DNA of 64,000 nucleotides from Octopus sinensis (GCF_006345805.1 NC_043010.1:44702001-44766000), one strand, 5' to 3'. Positions 12,500 through 27,104 are shown, counted from the first letter of the stretch. Program-made: numbers and translations. Notes: generated by a model from the sequence alone, not told the origin.

Positions 12500-12570
12500 C
12501 AAGCCTCCTCAGGGAATCGAACCCTGAACCTCTCAAATTCTGGCTGAATAACTCTGTACTGATAAACTAA
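12500..12570 (-). other. tRNA-like head or tRNA pseudogene fragment
   Basis: Minus strand contains a perfect B box GGTTCGATTCC; no complete cloverleaf could be drawn. Confidence 0.3.
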
Positions 12571-13978
12571 GAAACACCTGTTGTTTAAACTTTTGAATTA
12601 ATTTAATGCCGCGAGCAAGAAACATTAGCATTTTGGTATTTTACTACTCTAGAATGAATAAATAATTGTATAAAGAGAAGAAAAAGTTTTATGCAGTGAT
12701 ACTTTCTTTGCAGAGAATGCGTGATTCCTCAAATGACCTTCAAGCGTCTTAAAAAAGGTTCCTGTGTTTTGTCTGGTTTGAGCAGGTCCAGGGGGAAAAG
12801 CATTCCCGCTTTCACCATCCCGTCCTTTTCCTGATCAGCACGTATTGCGGTCTTGATTATTTAATGTATTCCCCCCTTTCTTAAAGAATGTTGGCGCATG
12901 ATCTGAGGAAGACTTGACTGCTATTTAAGGTAACTCAATGAACATAAAGCGACTCCTTTATTGATTCATTGGTAGTGGTTACTTGAATATTCAATTCTTT
13001 TTTATTTCTTCTTGAAAAGGTGACAAATGTTTGCATTCTTTAGTGGTAGGTACCAAGTGAAAAATGAATGCTTGCATTACGAAAGAAATAATCACTAATC
13101 TTAAATGTGTGCATACACATATCTAAACACAAGTCGAAATAAAAGAGCAAACTTAAAATTTGAAGCAAAATTGAAAATATTGATTAAAAATATAAATAAA
13201 ACACTTTTCCAATTTTCAAAAATAAAATCACGATGTAAATAACTGAATAATTAAGACTTCATTTATTACATTGATTTTGTCATCACATTCCGTTTTTTAA
13301 TCATTACTTTTGCAAGTGATTAATTAATTTTGGTAGCAAGCAAATAGATATATCTCCAAATTATTACCTTTTGTAAACAAAGAAAATCAGTTTTACGTGT
13401 ATATTTATTTATAGTGCGCTTTGTAACACTTTGGAATCTTTGAGAGACGATATTCCTGTCTGGATTTCTCTAGGTCAAATTTATTGGCCAATCCGTTTTC
13501 CATGGTAAGCCAGTTTTGGTCGTTGTCTCTCTGTATCTGTGGAGTGAGAATGGTGATGGCTGTTATTTTGTTGAATTGACATAATTGTCGTTTGTTGCCA
13601 ATGTTGCGCTCCTACACTTCCACACGAACGCTACTAACTCATCTTTGGATATTTGTAACCAAAACTAATTTTTTAAACATAAATCTCTTTCAGTATATAA
13701 ATCTTTAACATGTATGTAACAATACGTAACTTCTAAACACCGTTCTAAACACCGTTTTACTTCAAAATCCAAGTTAATGGGAGCACGTGACAATGAGTTA
13801 CATTATCGTCAGGTTAGTATTACAACACACACACACACACACACACACACAACACATACACACACTTGAGCAAGATCACCACATTAATAATATTACAATA
13901 TACTAATTTACTAATTAATTACAAGTCTTTTTACTTATTATATAATGTTTATTCATTTTTGTACTGTTTGTGATATAT

Positions 13979-14345
<367 letters not shown>

Positions 14346-14376
14346 ATATATATAATATATATACATATATATACAT

Positions 14377-14909
14377 AGGGTGTCTTAGGCTTAATTCAGA
14401 CAGCTATTTGAAGATATTGAAGACTGTAGTCAAATCCTTGTTGGAAAAGGATGTCGATGGAAGGCCATACCCCTCTGGAAAGAGTTAAATGTGGTTGTCG
14501 GAGAATATGTATGGCTTCACTCGCTCCAATTTCTGACCTCTCGATTCCCCCGATTGTAATCTGGATTGCTTTGAGTGGGATACTGCGCAGTTGAGAAAGA
14601 TACCAACTACTCTGCTGCAACACCAAGGCCGAACTGTTGGTCAACATCAAAGAGGTATTCGAAGATCTTCTAAGGAAAACACTGAAGGACGCAGGCGCCA
14701 GGTTCTAGAGCCGTCTTGAGGCCGCACAGAAAATCGAGGGCGGCTAATTTGAGTAAACTGTTATATCCCAGCCAAAATCTAGTTGATAAGTTTTGATTTT
14801 TAAAATACTTTATTTTTGAATGGGATATTAAGTATTTTAAAAATCAAAACATGGATGGGATATTGTGTTTTCCTTTCATTTTATACTGAAATTTAGCCCA
14901 AACACCCCG
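14377..14909 (+). mobile_element. Tc1/mariner remnant (transposase C-terminus plus right TIR)
   Basis: RLNSDSYLKILKTVVK, WLSENMYGF, DSPDCN, NTKAELLVNIKEVFEDL with stops; ends in aaacaccccg, and the left end begins gggtgt. Confidence 0.75.
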
Positions 14910-17399
14910 CATATGCACTTATATACACATACGCACACACACACACACACACACACATACACACACACACAGACACACACACTTACACACATCGAGTTTA
15001 TAAGAGTGTCGATCAGCTGGTAGATTGTTCGGAAGCCCGGTGAATGAGAGTCCCATAAATATCTGACAGCATCTTCTCAAAAAAAAAAAAAAAAAATCGG
15101 TAGAAACTTTTCATATTCCCACTCTATTGTACATTAAACATATTTGTTCGTCACTTTTTACTCGGATATGTCTGTTTTTCTTATGAAAGAGTTAAGTAAT
15201 TTCGCCCGATGAAGGATTGACACATAGATGACGGTTACAGTCACTCATCTCTGTGAAAGGACGAGTAATAATGCTTTTAAACAAGGTTGACAATACAAAT
15301 TTCGGACAATGTGTCCATTTTTAGTCTTCTATGTCAGAAGGAATTTTAAATCAACCAAACAGTCAAACCTCATTAAGTCACATAAGGTCACATATTCGGA
15401 TCAACATATCCGAAACCAAAAGCTCTATAGCAGTTCATCATTTAAGACCTATAATTTAAGCCTATTAATCATAAGTTGAAAGATGGATATACTCAATATG
15501 AATTACGATTTATTGCAGAAATATATTAAAATCAAAACAGTCAATATTCTCCTGGAAGACGCCTCCATTGTTTTAGTTGTCTCCCGCCCACCAAAAAAAA
15601 AAAAAAAAAGGGAAAGAAGAAAAACCCAACAAATAATAATTGCTATTCTTAATAAAATAATGTTAATGTTAGCGATAATTATCTATCAAAAATAAATAAA
15701 ACAAAATAAAATGTGAAAACAAAGGAAGCAAAACTTTTAATGCAAAGTGCAAATAAAAAACAAAAAAGCTACAAAATAGTCGAAAATGTTCAACATAGTT
15801 GCCACGAAAGCAAGTACAGTATCAACAGGTTTTTCGAGAAATAAAAAAACTTTAGGTGTCTTTACTTTTATTTATGCTTGATATAAATGTTTGATGAAAG
15901 GTTTGTGAGAATTTTTTCATAGAAAGGCAATTTGGCTGAATGATAATTTTACAAGATTTGACAAAAATAATACTTTAGCTCTCACGTTAGCCCAAAGCTT
16001 TGTTCTTACTTTCACATGCAATTATTGTGTATCTAACATTCAGGAGCACAAATACCATCCCTCAAAATACTTTGGAGAAAAATATCTCAGTATGTGCTGT
16101 CACTCTTTATAAGATTTATAATAAACTAGCAGAGATACCCAGCGTTGCTCGGGTGTGAACGATTTGTTATTCTAAGAACACTTATTTTCTAGTCTAACGA
16201 CCAGCGCTGCCGAAGCTTTGAAAAAGCGTACATAATTCCAGGACAAAACTCACCAAAAGATCATAAAAACCTACAAAATATGTATGAAATATGTCACAGC
16301 CACAGAAATAGAGAAAAATACCGGTTTTTCTTAGAAAAATTGAAATATATGGGTATGTAATGAATTGAAATTGATGAAAATACATATGAGAAAGGAAGAA
16401 TATTGAAATTAAAAATCTCTGAAACGTACGATGCAGTCAATTTTTCGGTAAGGACATAAAAACTGTAGAAACTTACCGACTTTGGCAGCGCTGTTAACGA
16501 TTCCTCCAGGTGAAGTCCCGTTTGCCCTTGCGATTTGTTGCTGGACATCGCAAAACTCACACGAACAAGACATTGCAACCACCCGGAAGTGAAGGGAATT
16601 TCCTTGGTATGAAGACGTCATCTTCCTTTCCATCCCCATGTACTTCGACCACAAAGAACTGGGATCTCATAACATGCATGTTTGCAATATTACAGCAAAG
16701 AATGTCCTGAGACTTTTGGGTGACTTTGATGCAGCGGCCTCTGCCAGCGTTGCATGACACCGTGCCTCACCTTCTAGCAAACCGTGCTTGAAGTAACCTC
16801 CAGGTTGTTATCAAAGGTTTTCAGGTCATGGAAACATGTTGATCCTCTGACTTCGTGCAGTAAAAGACTGAAGCAGAAGTTCTCCTGTTAACTGTGATGG
16901 ACCGTGTGAACTCTCCCAAAGCTGGGACTTTTATGCAGCGGCATCTGCCAGCGTTGCATCCCACTGTACTACATCTTCTAGCAACCTGTACTTGAAAAAG
17001 GCCTTCCGCTATGTTCCACATACCTATTCATCAAAGGTTTGCGGATCTTGGAAACACACCTGTTCACCGGGACGGACTGTGTAAACTCTGCCAAGGCAAT
17101 TGCCAGGATGTCCATCAACATTTCTTCTAAGCCACTTCTTTTTAACATTTATACAAATTGTGAACTTATAGAACTAAGTAGTCTGAAAGATGCGTTGAGG
17201 TAGGTACATAGAAAGCCTACAGAACCTCTCTGTAGACAATATTGTTTGTTTAATCTTGCGAGGCAAATGCGAATAGATTGTTTTTGTTCCCCACTCTGGA
17301 GCAGCCAACATACAATTGCCCGTGTGAAAAACACGACAACTCCAGGTGAAGTCCTGCCATTGAGAGTGTTTGCCCCTGCGATTTGTTGATCGACATTGC

Positions 17400-19270
17400 A
17401 AAACTTACACGGACAGGAAATTGCAACCGCTTGAAAGTAAAGGAATTTCAGCTCCCGAGGGAATAATGGGAATCCTTGGTATGAAAACGTCCTCTCTCTG
17501 TCCACATCCGGACAGAATGGTCACCTCAAAAACTCGTGGCGTCATCTTCCTCACCACCAGTCTTGTCCTACTGCACAGTCTGGAAGAATCCAAATTCCTC
17601 GGCAACATTATCGGAGTGCCCACTTTCAGTCCCAGTCTGTGGAGAGGGAGACCAGGAGGTTCCGATGAATTGAGGAATTCTGTGGGATAATGAATTACCT
17701 CATCGGGATTTGGTGTTGTATCAACTTATTTGAAGATTTGTGGAGTTGCAGGCAGGCACTGCAGCAGTTGCTCATTGATATTATTGACAACGTTGGTTTT
17801 TGGATCAAGTATTGCCCTTTCGCACAACCAAGTGAGATTTTTGTAATTTTCCCTCAGATTGGGAAACACAACGGATTTAAGAGCATCAACGGTACTAACA
17901 ATGGTGCAAACTGAGCTGAGTAAAATTTCTCCACATGTATCCAGAGGCATTTAGCCTTCGCTAAGGGTCAAAATGTCTTCATCAAATTTTGCCGACAGTT
18001 GGTCACCGTACATTTGAGCTCTCATGTTAGTGTTAAGACGCAATGTTGTGATTTGGTGCCATAATGGAGAGGACTTAAGACACACTAGGAAATCATCTGC
18101 CCTGGTTCCTTTAAGAATTACTGGAAGAATTTGCCTGAAATATCCAGACAGTAAAAAAGTGACACCCCACCATGAAATCTTAACAGTCCCTGATGTTTTT
18201 AGTGTTCGACCAAAAACTTCAAGACCTTCTTTGTGTGTCATGGTGCATTCACCCCATACAATGAGCTGACACTTTCTCAGTACTTTTGCTTTTTTCTGAG
18301 CTCTTACTGATGTGACAAGTAGGTGTGTCAGATCTTGTCATTGAAAAGACGCTTAAATGTAGAGTGTGCTGTTCTGCCACCAGGCAGTAAAGTTGTCGCA
18401 ACCCCAGAGGATGCCACAGCTAACGCAATGCCCTTGTGCTGTCTAACTTTTTCGGTAAGGACAAAAGAGTCCAGAAGCTGGCTACCCGCATGGTTCTTGG
18501 TCTCAAGCATTTGTCTTATGAAGAAAGGCTGAAGACGCTTGACCTTTATTCTCTAGAAAAACGACGACGCTGTGGTGATCTCATTCTTGCTCACAACATC
18601 ATAAGCGGAAAGTGTAACCTCTCGAAAGAGCTGTTCTTCACTCCTGATCCAGAGTGTCGGCTGCGGGGTCACTCTGAAAAGCTCTATCTGCGACGATTTC
18701 ATCTCAATCGGAGAGGGGCTTTCTCCGTCCGGGTTGCGGATCCGTGGAATAAGCTGCCGGACGAGATAGTGAAGATGCCAACGACCGCTCGGTTCAAAGT
18801 CTCCCTTGACCAGAAATGGCCTGAACTCTTTGCATGAACACCACCCTGTACATAACTCCATGTCCCCCTACATGGCCTTGCTTTTTGCTTTTTGAGCCCC
18901 AAAATTAACTTAACTTAACTTAACTTAACTTAACTTTGGCTAGAAAAAACTTTGTTACATATATTTTCCCTCTTACCCCTGGAGCATCCAGGAAAAATGT
19001 GCCTTCTCTCCCGTAGAGAACAATCAATAATAATGCGGTAAGCGTGTTGCTGGTCAGGAAGCAATTTAGGCTCTCTTTCGATGACATATCTAGTGAGAGT
19101 CTGAATGTCGTAGGGCGTTTCTTGAAGAATGCATGTGGGAAGAGAATTCGATGCTTCTCGTAATGTTTTGGGCAAGGCATATGTGGGAAGCGTATTCTGC
19201 TGCGGCTGTTTTGCGACCAGTACGGGCTCTTTTCTTAGATGGCATTGTCTCAGAGTTTAGAAGCTTCAAT
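17400..19270 (-). pseudogene. Helitron PIF1-family helicase, frameshifted and interrupted
   Basis: FFLDAPG, ALAVASSGVATTLLPGGRTAHSTFK, FRQILPV, CLKSSPLW, LCERAIL, IMLPRNL, VFIPRIPIIP. Confidence 0.9.
18451..18937 (+). mobile_element. 5'-truncated CR1-like LINE nested in the Helitron helicase
   Basis: VQKLATRMVLGLKHLSYEERLKTLDLYSLEKRR; (TAACT)n tail; TAACTTT duplicated at 18444-18450 and 18931-18937; the helicase frame LAKV/RQHKG rejoins across it. Confidence 0.9.
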
Positions 19271-19578
19271 TGCAAAATGCAAATATGGCAAAAACTTTAA
19301 AATAAAGAAAATAATGTTGTTGGGGGGAACGCACAGATAGTGTAAATACAATGAAGTCAATTTTCAGGCAGATGTGATGAAACTGAATTTAAGCTGAAGT
19401 CAATGTTTAGGCAGATGTAGCAAAACTGAATTTAGACACACTGGATGAATAACAATGAGAAATAACTAAGTTATTTTTGAGTCAGAATGTACAAAAACAG
19501 TAACGACATAGGTTTTAACGCAAAACTATTTGAAATATACGGAAACTAATTTGTAGACAGAAGTTATTGTGTGCCAGT

Positions 19579-19621
<43 letters not shown>

Positions 19622-19836
19622 AGAGAGAGAGAAAGAGAGAGAAAAGGGGAGAGATTCGGATGGAATTTGTAGAAGTCAAAGGGAGAGAGTCGCTTGAAAA
19701 TTGAATTTGTTAGAGAAAAACCAATGTGAAATACCTTTTCACCCTGTTTCTCGCTTTACGTTATAATGCATGACCATCCTTGGCACATAAGTAAGGTATG
19801 TGTAACGTTTGGTGAAAATCGGTTGAAATGCACACG

Positions 19837-19886
<50 letters not shown>

Positions 19887-20430
19887 ATCCTTTGTTTTAT
19901 ATATATATATATATGATATGGTGTACAATAGCCGATTTTGAACTTTTGAGGGAGATTATAAACAGTAGTAGGTTGGTAATGTGTGAAAAAAGAAAAAAAC
20001 TTTCGTTATCTTTTTACTCGTTTCAGTAACTGGACTGCGGTCATGAAAGGTTTAGTGGAACAAATCGACCCCAATACTTGTTTTTCAAGTCTGGTACTCA
20101 TTCTATTGATCTTTTTTGCCGAATCACTAAGTTACAGTGACATTAAAAACCAACGCCGATCATCAAACGGTGTGGGAGACAATCATATGATTAACAGATT
20201 CTACTCAAGCTCAGCAAAAGCCATTAGTAGTATCTCCCGAGGCCCACTGTGTCGGGCCCAAGAAACAAAATATAACAAAACAGACAAAAAAAGTACTTCA
20301 AAAGCCACACTTTCTTCATAACTGCAGGAACGAAATTTGTTTAGAGTGTGCAAACTCAGGTCCGAATTCTTTTTACAAAAAGGGCGATTTGTTTCAATCT
20401 TAATATCAAAATATACACAGGTAAAATAAT

Positions 20431-20644
20431 GGTTTCAAATTTTGGCGCAAGGCCAGCAGTTTCAGGGGAGGGAGTTCATCGATTACATCAACTTCAGTTA
20501 TAGACTACTACTGATTTTATCTACCCCCTAAAAGATGAAGGGCAATGTTAACTTCGACGGGATTTAAACCCAGAACGTGAAGACGGACAAAATGCCGCTA
20601 AGTATTTTGCCGGCGTGCTAGCGCTTCTGCCAGCTCACCGCCTT
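20431..20644 (-). mobile_element. tRNA-derived SINE
   Basis: Diverged reverse-complement copy of the 14120 family with a different tail. Confidence 0.8.
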
Positions 20645-20691
20645 AACAACAACAACAACAACAACAACAATAACAATAATAAAAAAAATAG

Positions 20692-22600
20692 TTTCTTTGT
20701 CAGCCACAAGGGCCGAACACAAAACAAATAGGGACAGCACAAAACTGGGGACACGTGTAGTTTAACACAAAAATCGAGTAAACAATAAAGTAAAAATGAT
20801 AAGTAACAATACAATTAAACAATAAAATTCCCCAAAAGGGGGAAGTTCTTCACAAGGACAGCCGAGGAACCCACACATTCTGGTTATCCCGACCGTTAGA
20901 TGCACCTCCGTAGGCGCTTCTCTCCTCAACTCCCCCGATTTACAAACGAAAGCTCATAGTAGGCCCATTCATACGGGACATCCTCGCCACGCGCACCCAC
21001 CTTTCAACAAATTTACTGGGTGGCAGGGAAGAACTTCCCTTACTAATCTCACATTCCTTTTCAAGTGGAACTTGAAAAGGTCAATTACGGCTAGGCCGAA
21101 GAGGAAAGTGTTTGTCTTTAATCCTTTCAGTCTCGTCCACCACACTACCTCCTTCGCCATAGCCACCAAACAGACGACAATTGCTTTTCCTTCTCGGCCA
21201 AAGGAAGGCGGCGGGGCTATCTTTACGATGGACTTGGTAGATAACCGGGTCCATCCTACACGTGACAAAAGCTATTCGACAGAGCTCCAAACTGCGCGGA
21301 CACTGGACGAGTGCGTGCAGGACGATTTCGTCGCCTTGCACACCTAACCCTATCCCTAACCCTAACCCTAATCCTGACAGCACTTCCGTGTTTGTAGAGC
21401 CTGTCTCGAACCGGCAGAGCTCCCCGGTAGCGCTGCCAGGCCTGAGATTTCTGGAAGTTATCGATAGGCCACGGCCCAAAAGTCCTCCGGAAAAGACTAG
21501 TTAATTGATCCTTCCCGACACCCAGAGTTTCCCCGAGGACATCGTTGCTCTTGCCCGCCACTAATTCCCTATAGAACTCAGTAATGGAACTTCCACTGAC
21601 CGCATTGCCTGACTAGCAGAAGGTTATGAGCGCTTGCCGAGACTCTAGGTGCCAAGCGCCCTTTCTTGGCCTAAGCTTGATCCAGGCCTAAGCTTGATCC
21701 AGGTGACCACACCTGTTCACCGTTAAGGAGGTTCTGGAGATATTGCAGCCTCAGCGCGTGTCTGTGCATCATTAGCCATGGCATGTCCAGTCCTTCACTC
21801 AACAGCTGCTGACAGCAGATGGACCGTCTGAAGAGTGGGACACGTCCCCTCCACAGAAAGCGGAAGTCCAAGTGCTCCAGTTTGGTCAGCCATGAAGCAA
21901 GGCAAGGGACGACGGTCAGACGGTATTAGATGACGGAATAGCTTTTGTGAATAGCTTCTAGTTGAATGTGGAGAAGTACCTCCACACTAGTCCCAGACCA
22001 ATTTTCATGTCGTGGCCTTTTGACATCCAGGAGGCCGTTGCTCCCTTCCAAAACGATCGCTACAAGAATTCCCCATAAGTTTACCTCTGGTAGTATCCCA
22101 GCTATCTTTATGCGCACCATACTCCTTCCTAAATAGGATGGATGAAGCACATATTTTTCACTCCGACAGGGAACCACGGACTGTTTGGCCGCCAGAGCTT
22201 CAGGTTTAAAGAGCCCTAAAATACCCGCAAACTGTTCAGCCCTCGAAATATGAAGAATGTCGGGCATTATTTATTTCAGTACTCTTTCCACGTCCGCCCG
22301 GCTCGCCGTCTCTGGCCGCTTCGTGTTTACGGAGACGCAACTCTATAATACAATTATCTTCTTTTTGTTTCTGGCAATATTGATCCATACAAAAATACTC
22401 TTTGCTTGTTGCTGCTGTCTCTGTGAAAGAAGTAGTCTGGTTCATGTTGTCACTTATTGCGATGCTACTCGTTGTAGTGGTGGCAGCGGCGGTGGAGTTG
22501 GTGTTGTCGGGAGACTGTCACTAGCGGTGATGGTGGCTGAGTTGTCTGTATTCTTGATAATGCTGCTATGAGCTGTCTTTTGAGTTGGCGTATTTCACTG
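20692..22600 (-). mobile_element. Tx1/L1-clade LINE with large internal deletions
   Basis: ORF1 fragment 21926-22267; ORF2 C-terminus (AWQRYRGALPVRDRLYKHG, VLHALVQCP, AMAKEVVWWTR); 3' UTR ending gcccttgtggctgacaaagaaa. Confidence 0.85.
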
Positions 22601-22699
22601 AATTGGGGGGGGGGATTCAGCTTCGTAGTTTATGATGTAGCTAAAGATGTTAGTATTACTATGTTTTGAAGTGTCTGTAATTTCGTGTGCGAGAATTTG

Positions 22700-24050
22700 A
22701 ATCTGCTGTGTGCTACCAGATACAGAGGAAAACAGGGAATTCTAGAGAGGTAATTGGGACCAACCTGTAGAGCATAATGATTAAGCTGAGTGACAGCATG
22801 AAATCCAAGATAAGTTAAGAAATATAGAAGGCCAAAAAGACAAAGATGACTACAGAAAGCATTTTTAAAGATTCCCAAATTGGAAGAGCCCAGGACCGGA
22901 CGGGGTCCAAGATTATTGGGTGAAGAAGGTGAGAGGACTCTACGAAAGGATAGCTCAACAGCTAGATGAGTGCTTGCAGAAAGGCGCAGTACCCAGCTGA
23001 ATGACAAAGGGGAGGACATTATTGTGTGCCAAGGATCCGGAAAAGGGAAATGTTGCATCCGACTTTAGACCTATAACGTGCCCTCCGCTAATGTGGAAAC
23101 TAATGCCAGGTGCGTTGGTTGGTGAACTGTATAGATACTTGGAAAATAGTTGGTTTGCTACCCATTGAACAAAAATAGTGCCGAATGGAGCCGGGGAACG
23201 AAGGATCAGCTCTTAAACGATAATCTATCAGGGACTGCAAGAGAAAACACACAAACCTGAGCATGGCATGGGTTGACTATCTTAAAGTATAAGATATGAT
23301 ACCACACTCCTGGATAATAAAACAATAGAAATGTATGGAGTAGCAGAAAATATGAGAAGAGTTATATGGAATACCATGTAATGCTGAGGAACGGAACTGA
23401 CAGCAGGGAATCAAGGGGAGGTGAAAATCAAGAGAGGTATCTTCCAGGGGGAGATGGTATGTCCCCACTGATCTTCGTGCTGGGAATGTTCCTCTTGAGT
23501 GAAATACTACAGAAAAGTTGGGGTATGATTTGGGAAGAGGTAAGGGAAAACTGAACCCCTTGCTATTCATGGACGACCAGAAGCCATTCACAAAAAATGA
23601 AGTAGAGCTGGACAGCACAGTCCAGTCTGAGAATTTTCTCCAATGATATTAAGGTGGAGTTTGGACTCTCAAAAATGTGCTGCGATGCTGATGAGACGAG
23701 GAAAGCTTTTCAGAACAGAAAGCATGAAGTTGCCAAGTGGTGAAATGAAGAAGGCAATTCAACCTCAATCCAGCTATAAATACCTGGGAATACTTGAGGC
23801 AGATGAAATCGAACACAATGACATGTAAGAAAAGCACCTGCGGCGAGTGAAAAAAATATTGGCTTCAAAGCTAAATATAATTTATTACCAGAAATTTCGG
23901 CAGTAAACTCGTGCGCAGTCGAAGTAGTTTGGTATGGCACTGGAATCCTAGAGTGGACAGAGGAGGAGCTAAAGAAGTTGGACAGACAGTCCAAAAAGCT
24001 TCTATCGATGCACGGAACCCAGCTTCCACGTGCAGACACTGATGGACACG
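22700..24050 (+). mobile_element. R4/Dong-like LINE, decayed RT fragment
   Basis: NWKSPGPDGVQ, FRPITC, GIFQG, LLFMDD-like and YKYLGILE motifs with frameshifts; ends next to (AAT)n. Confidence 0.8.
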
Positions 24051-24079
24051 TGAATGATGAAAAACCAGTGATAAAGAGA

Positions 24080-24104
24080 AATAATAATAATAATAATAAT
24101 AATA

Positions 24105-24144
<40 letters not shown>
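24080..24144. repeat. (AAT)n microsatellite
   Basis: Direct observation; lies between two R4/Dong-like copies. Confidence 0.97.
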
Positions 24145-24146
<2 letters not shown>

Positions 24147-24189
24147 TGGTGATGGTGTCACAATAAAAACACTGTTAATTGCGCAACCT

Positions 24190-25336
24190 GATAATCACTA
24201 CCTCAAATAAGTGACAATGAAAAATCAAAATATTGTAAATAATGGTGGTAATGAAACTGAAGCCAATGATGGTGACAGTATTATGCCCGGTAGGCTCGGA
24301 GATTCTGGTCCGGCTCCAGCCTGTCGATACCCAGAAAGGGACCACCACACAAGGCGTAGATGGAGCAAGCAAATTACTGCTGTGGTCATGGGGTGTTACT
24401 ACATGAGCAGCCCGGTAGATGAAAATGGTGCTCAAATTAGGAGTTACCGACAACGTATATATGCTCATTGGAGAGAAAAGGGGTTGTTTCAACTCACGGA
24501 ACAGAGACTATGTGATCAAGCTAGAGCAATAAGAAAAATCGTTGGTTCACAGAAGTAGAGGTCGAAGCTATCAAAAGACGGGTCATGGACAATAGCAGCA
24601 TAGATAAGAATGAAAATACAGTTCTTACTAATAAGTAACGCCATAGCACTGGGAAGGAGCAATGGTAATTTACTTGATGAGAGACATATAGAAGACAATA
24701 AAACTAATGGAGACATGACAGATGAACAAAAGGCAATCTACGACAGTATATTGGCAAAACTACAGGAAAGACGACAGCGACATTATTTGCAATCTTAAAA
24801 AGGTTGATCGATGGAAATTTAACCAAGAAACGAAAAATGTCAATGAAATTCTGAAATACATCAGAAGAAACAACATCACACAAACAAATAATTTGATCAA
24901 GGCAGCAAGTACTGTAGCACAAAACGTGGGTATTAATGTCAAGAAAGAGAAACATAATGGGAGTGACAAAAGAAAAGATCCATGGTGGAAAAGAAGAAAA
25001 GAAAGGGCCTGAATGTAGTAGTGGAGGAACTGAAACAGCGCCTCGTTGCAAAGAAAGCGAAGACGGTAAGATACGACCAAAGAATGAAGGGTTACCAGCA
25101 GAATAGGTTATTCAGAATAGATCAGAAGAGGTTCTATAAAGAAATAAATGGAGAGTGTACCGATGAAAAGTTGATACCAGATAACATTGAAAGTCAAAGG
25201 TTTTGGAGTGACATCAGGAGCAAAGACAAGGAGCACAAGAAGGATGCTGAATGGTTGCAAGAACTGAAACAAACAGTAGTTTGTCCAAAACAGGCAAAAC
25301 TAGTCATTTCAGTTAGGGAAGAGGAGGAAATCAGCA

Positions 25337-25368
<32 letters not shown>

Positions 25369-27060
25369 AATGAGCAACTGGAAAGCCCTGGGACCAGATG
25401 GAGTTCAAGGTTACTGGATCAAAAGATTTGGTGAATGTCATGCACGAATAGTTGCACAACTCAACACCTTGTTAGAGGCCCACCAAGTAACACCAGGGTG
25501 GTTGACATTGGGTAGGACAGTGTTGTGTCTGAAAAATATCGAAAAAGGCAATACAGTAGACAATTACAGGCCGATATCCTGTTTGTCACTTATGATTCAA
25601 TGTACGAACATCTAGAAAAAACTGGAGTCCTGCCACATGAGCAGAAGGGTTGCAAGCGTAAGTGCAGAGGTACCAAGAATCAACTCCTGATAGACAAAAC
25701 TGTACTTAGAGACTGCCAGAGGAGGAAAAGTAACATGGATCGACTATCGTAAGGCGTACGATATGAAACCACATTCTTGGATTATGGAGTGTATGAACCT
25801 ATTTGGTATTGCATCGAATGCTGAGCGAAGAAGTTTAGGGGCAGTAGAAATTATGAGGGGCATCTTCCAAGGGAACTGCCTGTCCCCACTGATCTTTGTA
25901 CTGTGCTTGATACCAAGAACACTGGTTCTAACACAGATAACAGTAACACTGAGCAAAAGCTGAGTATATATTCAAAAGCCGCCCGCAAAAAGCCAACCAT
26001 TTGTTATTTATGGATGACCTAAAACTTTATGGTAAAGATGAAGCCCTAGTCAGTTCCCTCGTTGATACGGTGCATACCTTCAGTGCTGATATCAGAATGG
26101 AGTTCAAACTGAGAAAGTGTGATGTGTTAGTCTTGAAGAGAGGCAAAATCAAATGTATGGACGGGCTAACAATACCGTCGGGAGAGGTTATGAAGCAGAT
26201 AGAAGAGCACTTGGGGATTTTGGAAATGGATAAATTGATGGAGAAAGAAATGACAAAATAATTTAAGATGGAGTACTTACGTAGACTAAGACTGATCCTT
26301 AAGTCGAAATTAAACGGACGGAATAAGATCGAAGCTATCAACACTTGGGCAGTTTCACTCCTTAGATATGAAGCAGGGGTAATCGCATGGACAGTAGACG
26401 AACTAAACAGATTAGACAGAAAGACAAGGAAGTTGCTAACTAGATATGGGTCACTCCACCCAAAAAGTGACACAGACAGAAAAAGAAAAAGAGGACTTAT
26501 TGGATGCGAACACAGCATAATAGCAGAAGAAAACAACATAGCATGGTATGGAAAAATGCCACAGAACCGCTATTGTTAGAAGTAGGGATGTCAGGCTTGT
26601 GTAGGATGAAAGATTGCAAAGATAAAGCACTATACAATAAATTGAAAACTAATGAAACTGAAAATATGCAGGTAAAGAAAAGAATGCATGGTCAATTTTA
26701 GAGGGATGTTGAAGATAAAGACAAACTGAGGAAAAGATGGCTGTGGATGGCTAAAAGTGATTTTAAACCGGAAACAGAGGCTCTAATCTGTGCTTCCCAA
26801 GAGCGAGTACTAAGAACAAACTACATAAAATACAGAATAGACAACACACCAGAAAGTGATAAGTGCAGAATCTGTAGACAAAAAGGTGAAAGCAAATGGC
26901 ATTTTACCAGCCAATGTACGCCACTAGCCCAGAAGGAATATCAGAGATGCCACGACAATATAGCATGGCTTGTCCATTGGACACTCTGCAACAAGTATGG
27001 ACGTGAGAGAGCAAAAAATTGGTACGACCGCAGACCTGAAAAAAATTATGGACAGTACAA
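24190..27060 (+). mobile_element. R4/Dong-like LINE, 3'-truncated
   Basis: N-terminal RRRWS..VMGCYY..YRQRIYAHW..EQRLCDQARAIRK; RT LFMDDLKLYGK; CCHC finger CRICRQKGESKWHFTSQC; broken off before the endonuclease. Confidence 0.9.
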
Positions 27061-27104
27061 GGCAAAACAAAGAATGTGTGTGTATGTATGTGAGTGTGTG
27101 TTGT

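Larger units (their letters stand above)
16126..19916 (-). mobile_element. Decayed Helitron with PIF1 helicase remnant
   Basis: 3' hairpin acccgagcaacgctgggt plus CTAG at 16126; 5' TC at 19916 in A/T context followed by atatataaaa and (TG)n; helicase motifs inside. Confidence 0.85.

Noticed and set aside
12500-12570. Functional tRNA gene
   Set aside because: Only the B box is convincing; acceptor and anticodon stems could not be drawn.
12555-12590. ctgataa...gaaac-acct-gtt
   Set aside because: The core lacks G8, and no stem I or II is present.
15200-15270. CCGAUGA followed by a hairpin and GAAA
   Set aside because: The core is mutated, there is a spacer before the hairpin, and no stem III or UH triplet follows.
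21668-21701. 17-bp perfect tandem duplication
   Set aside because: An ordinary slippage scar at a deletion within the Tx1 remnant.
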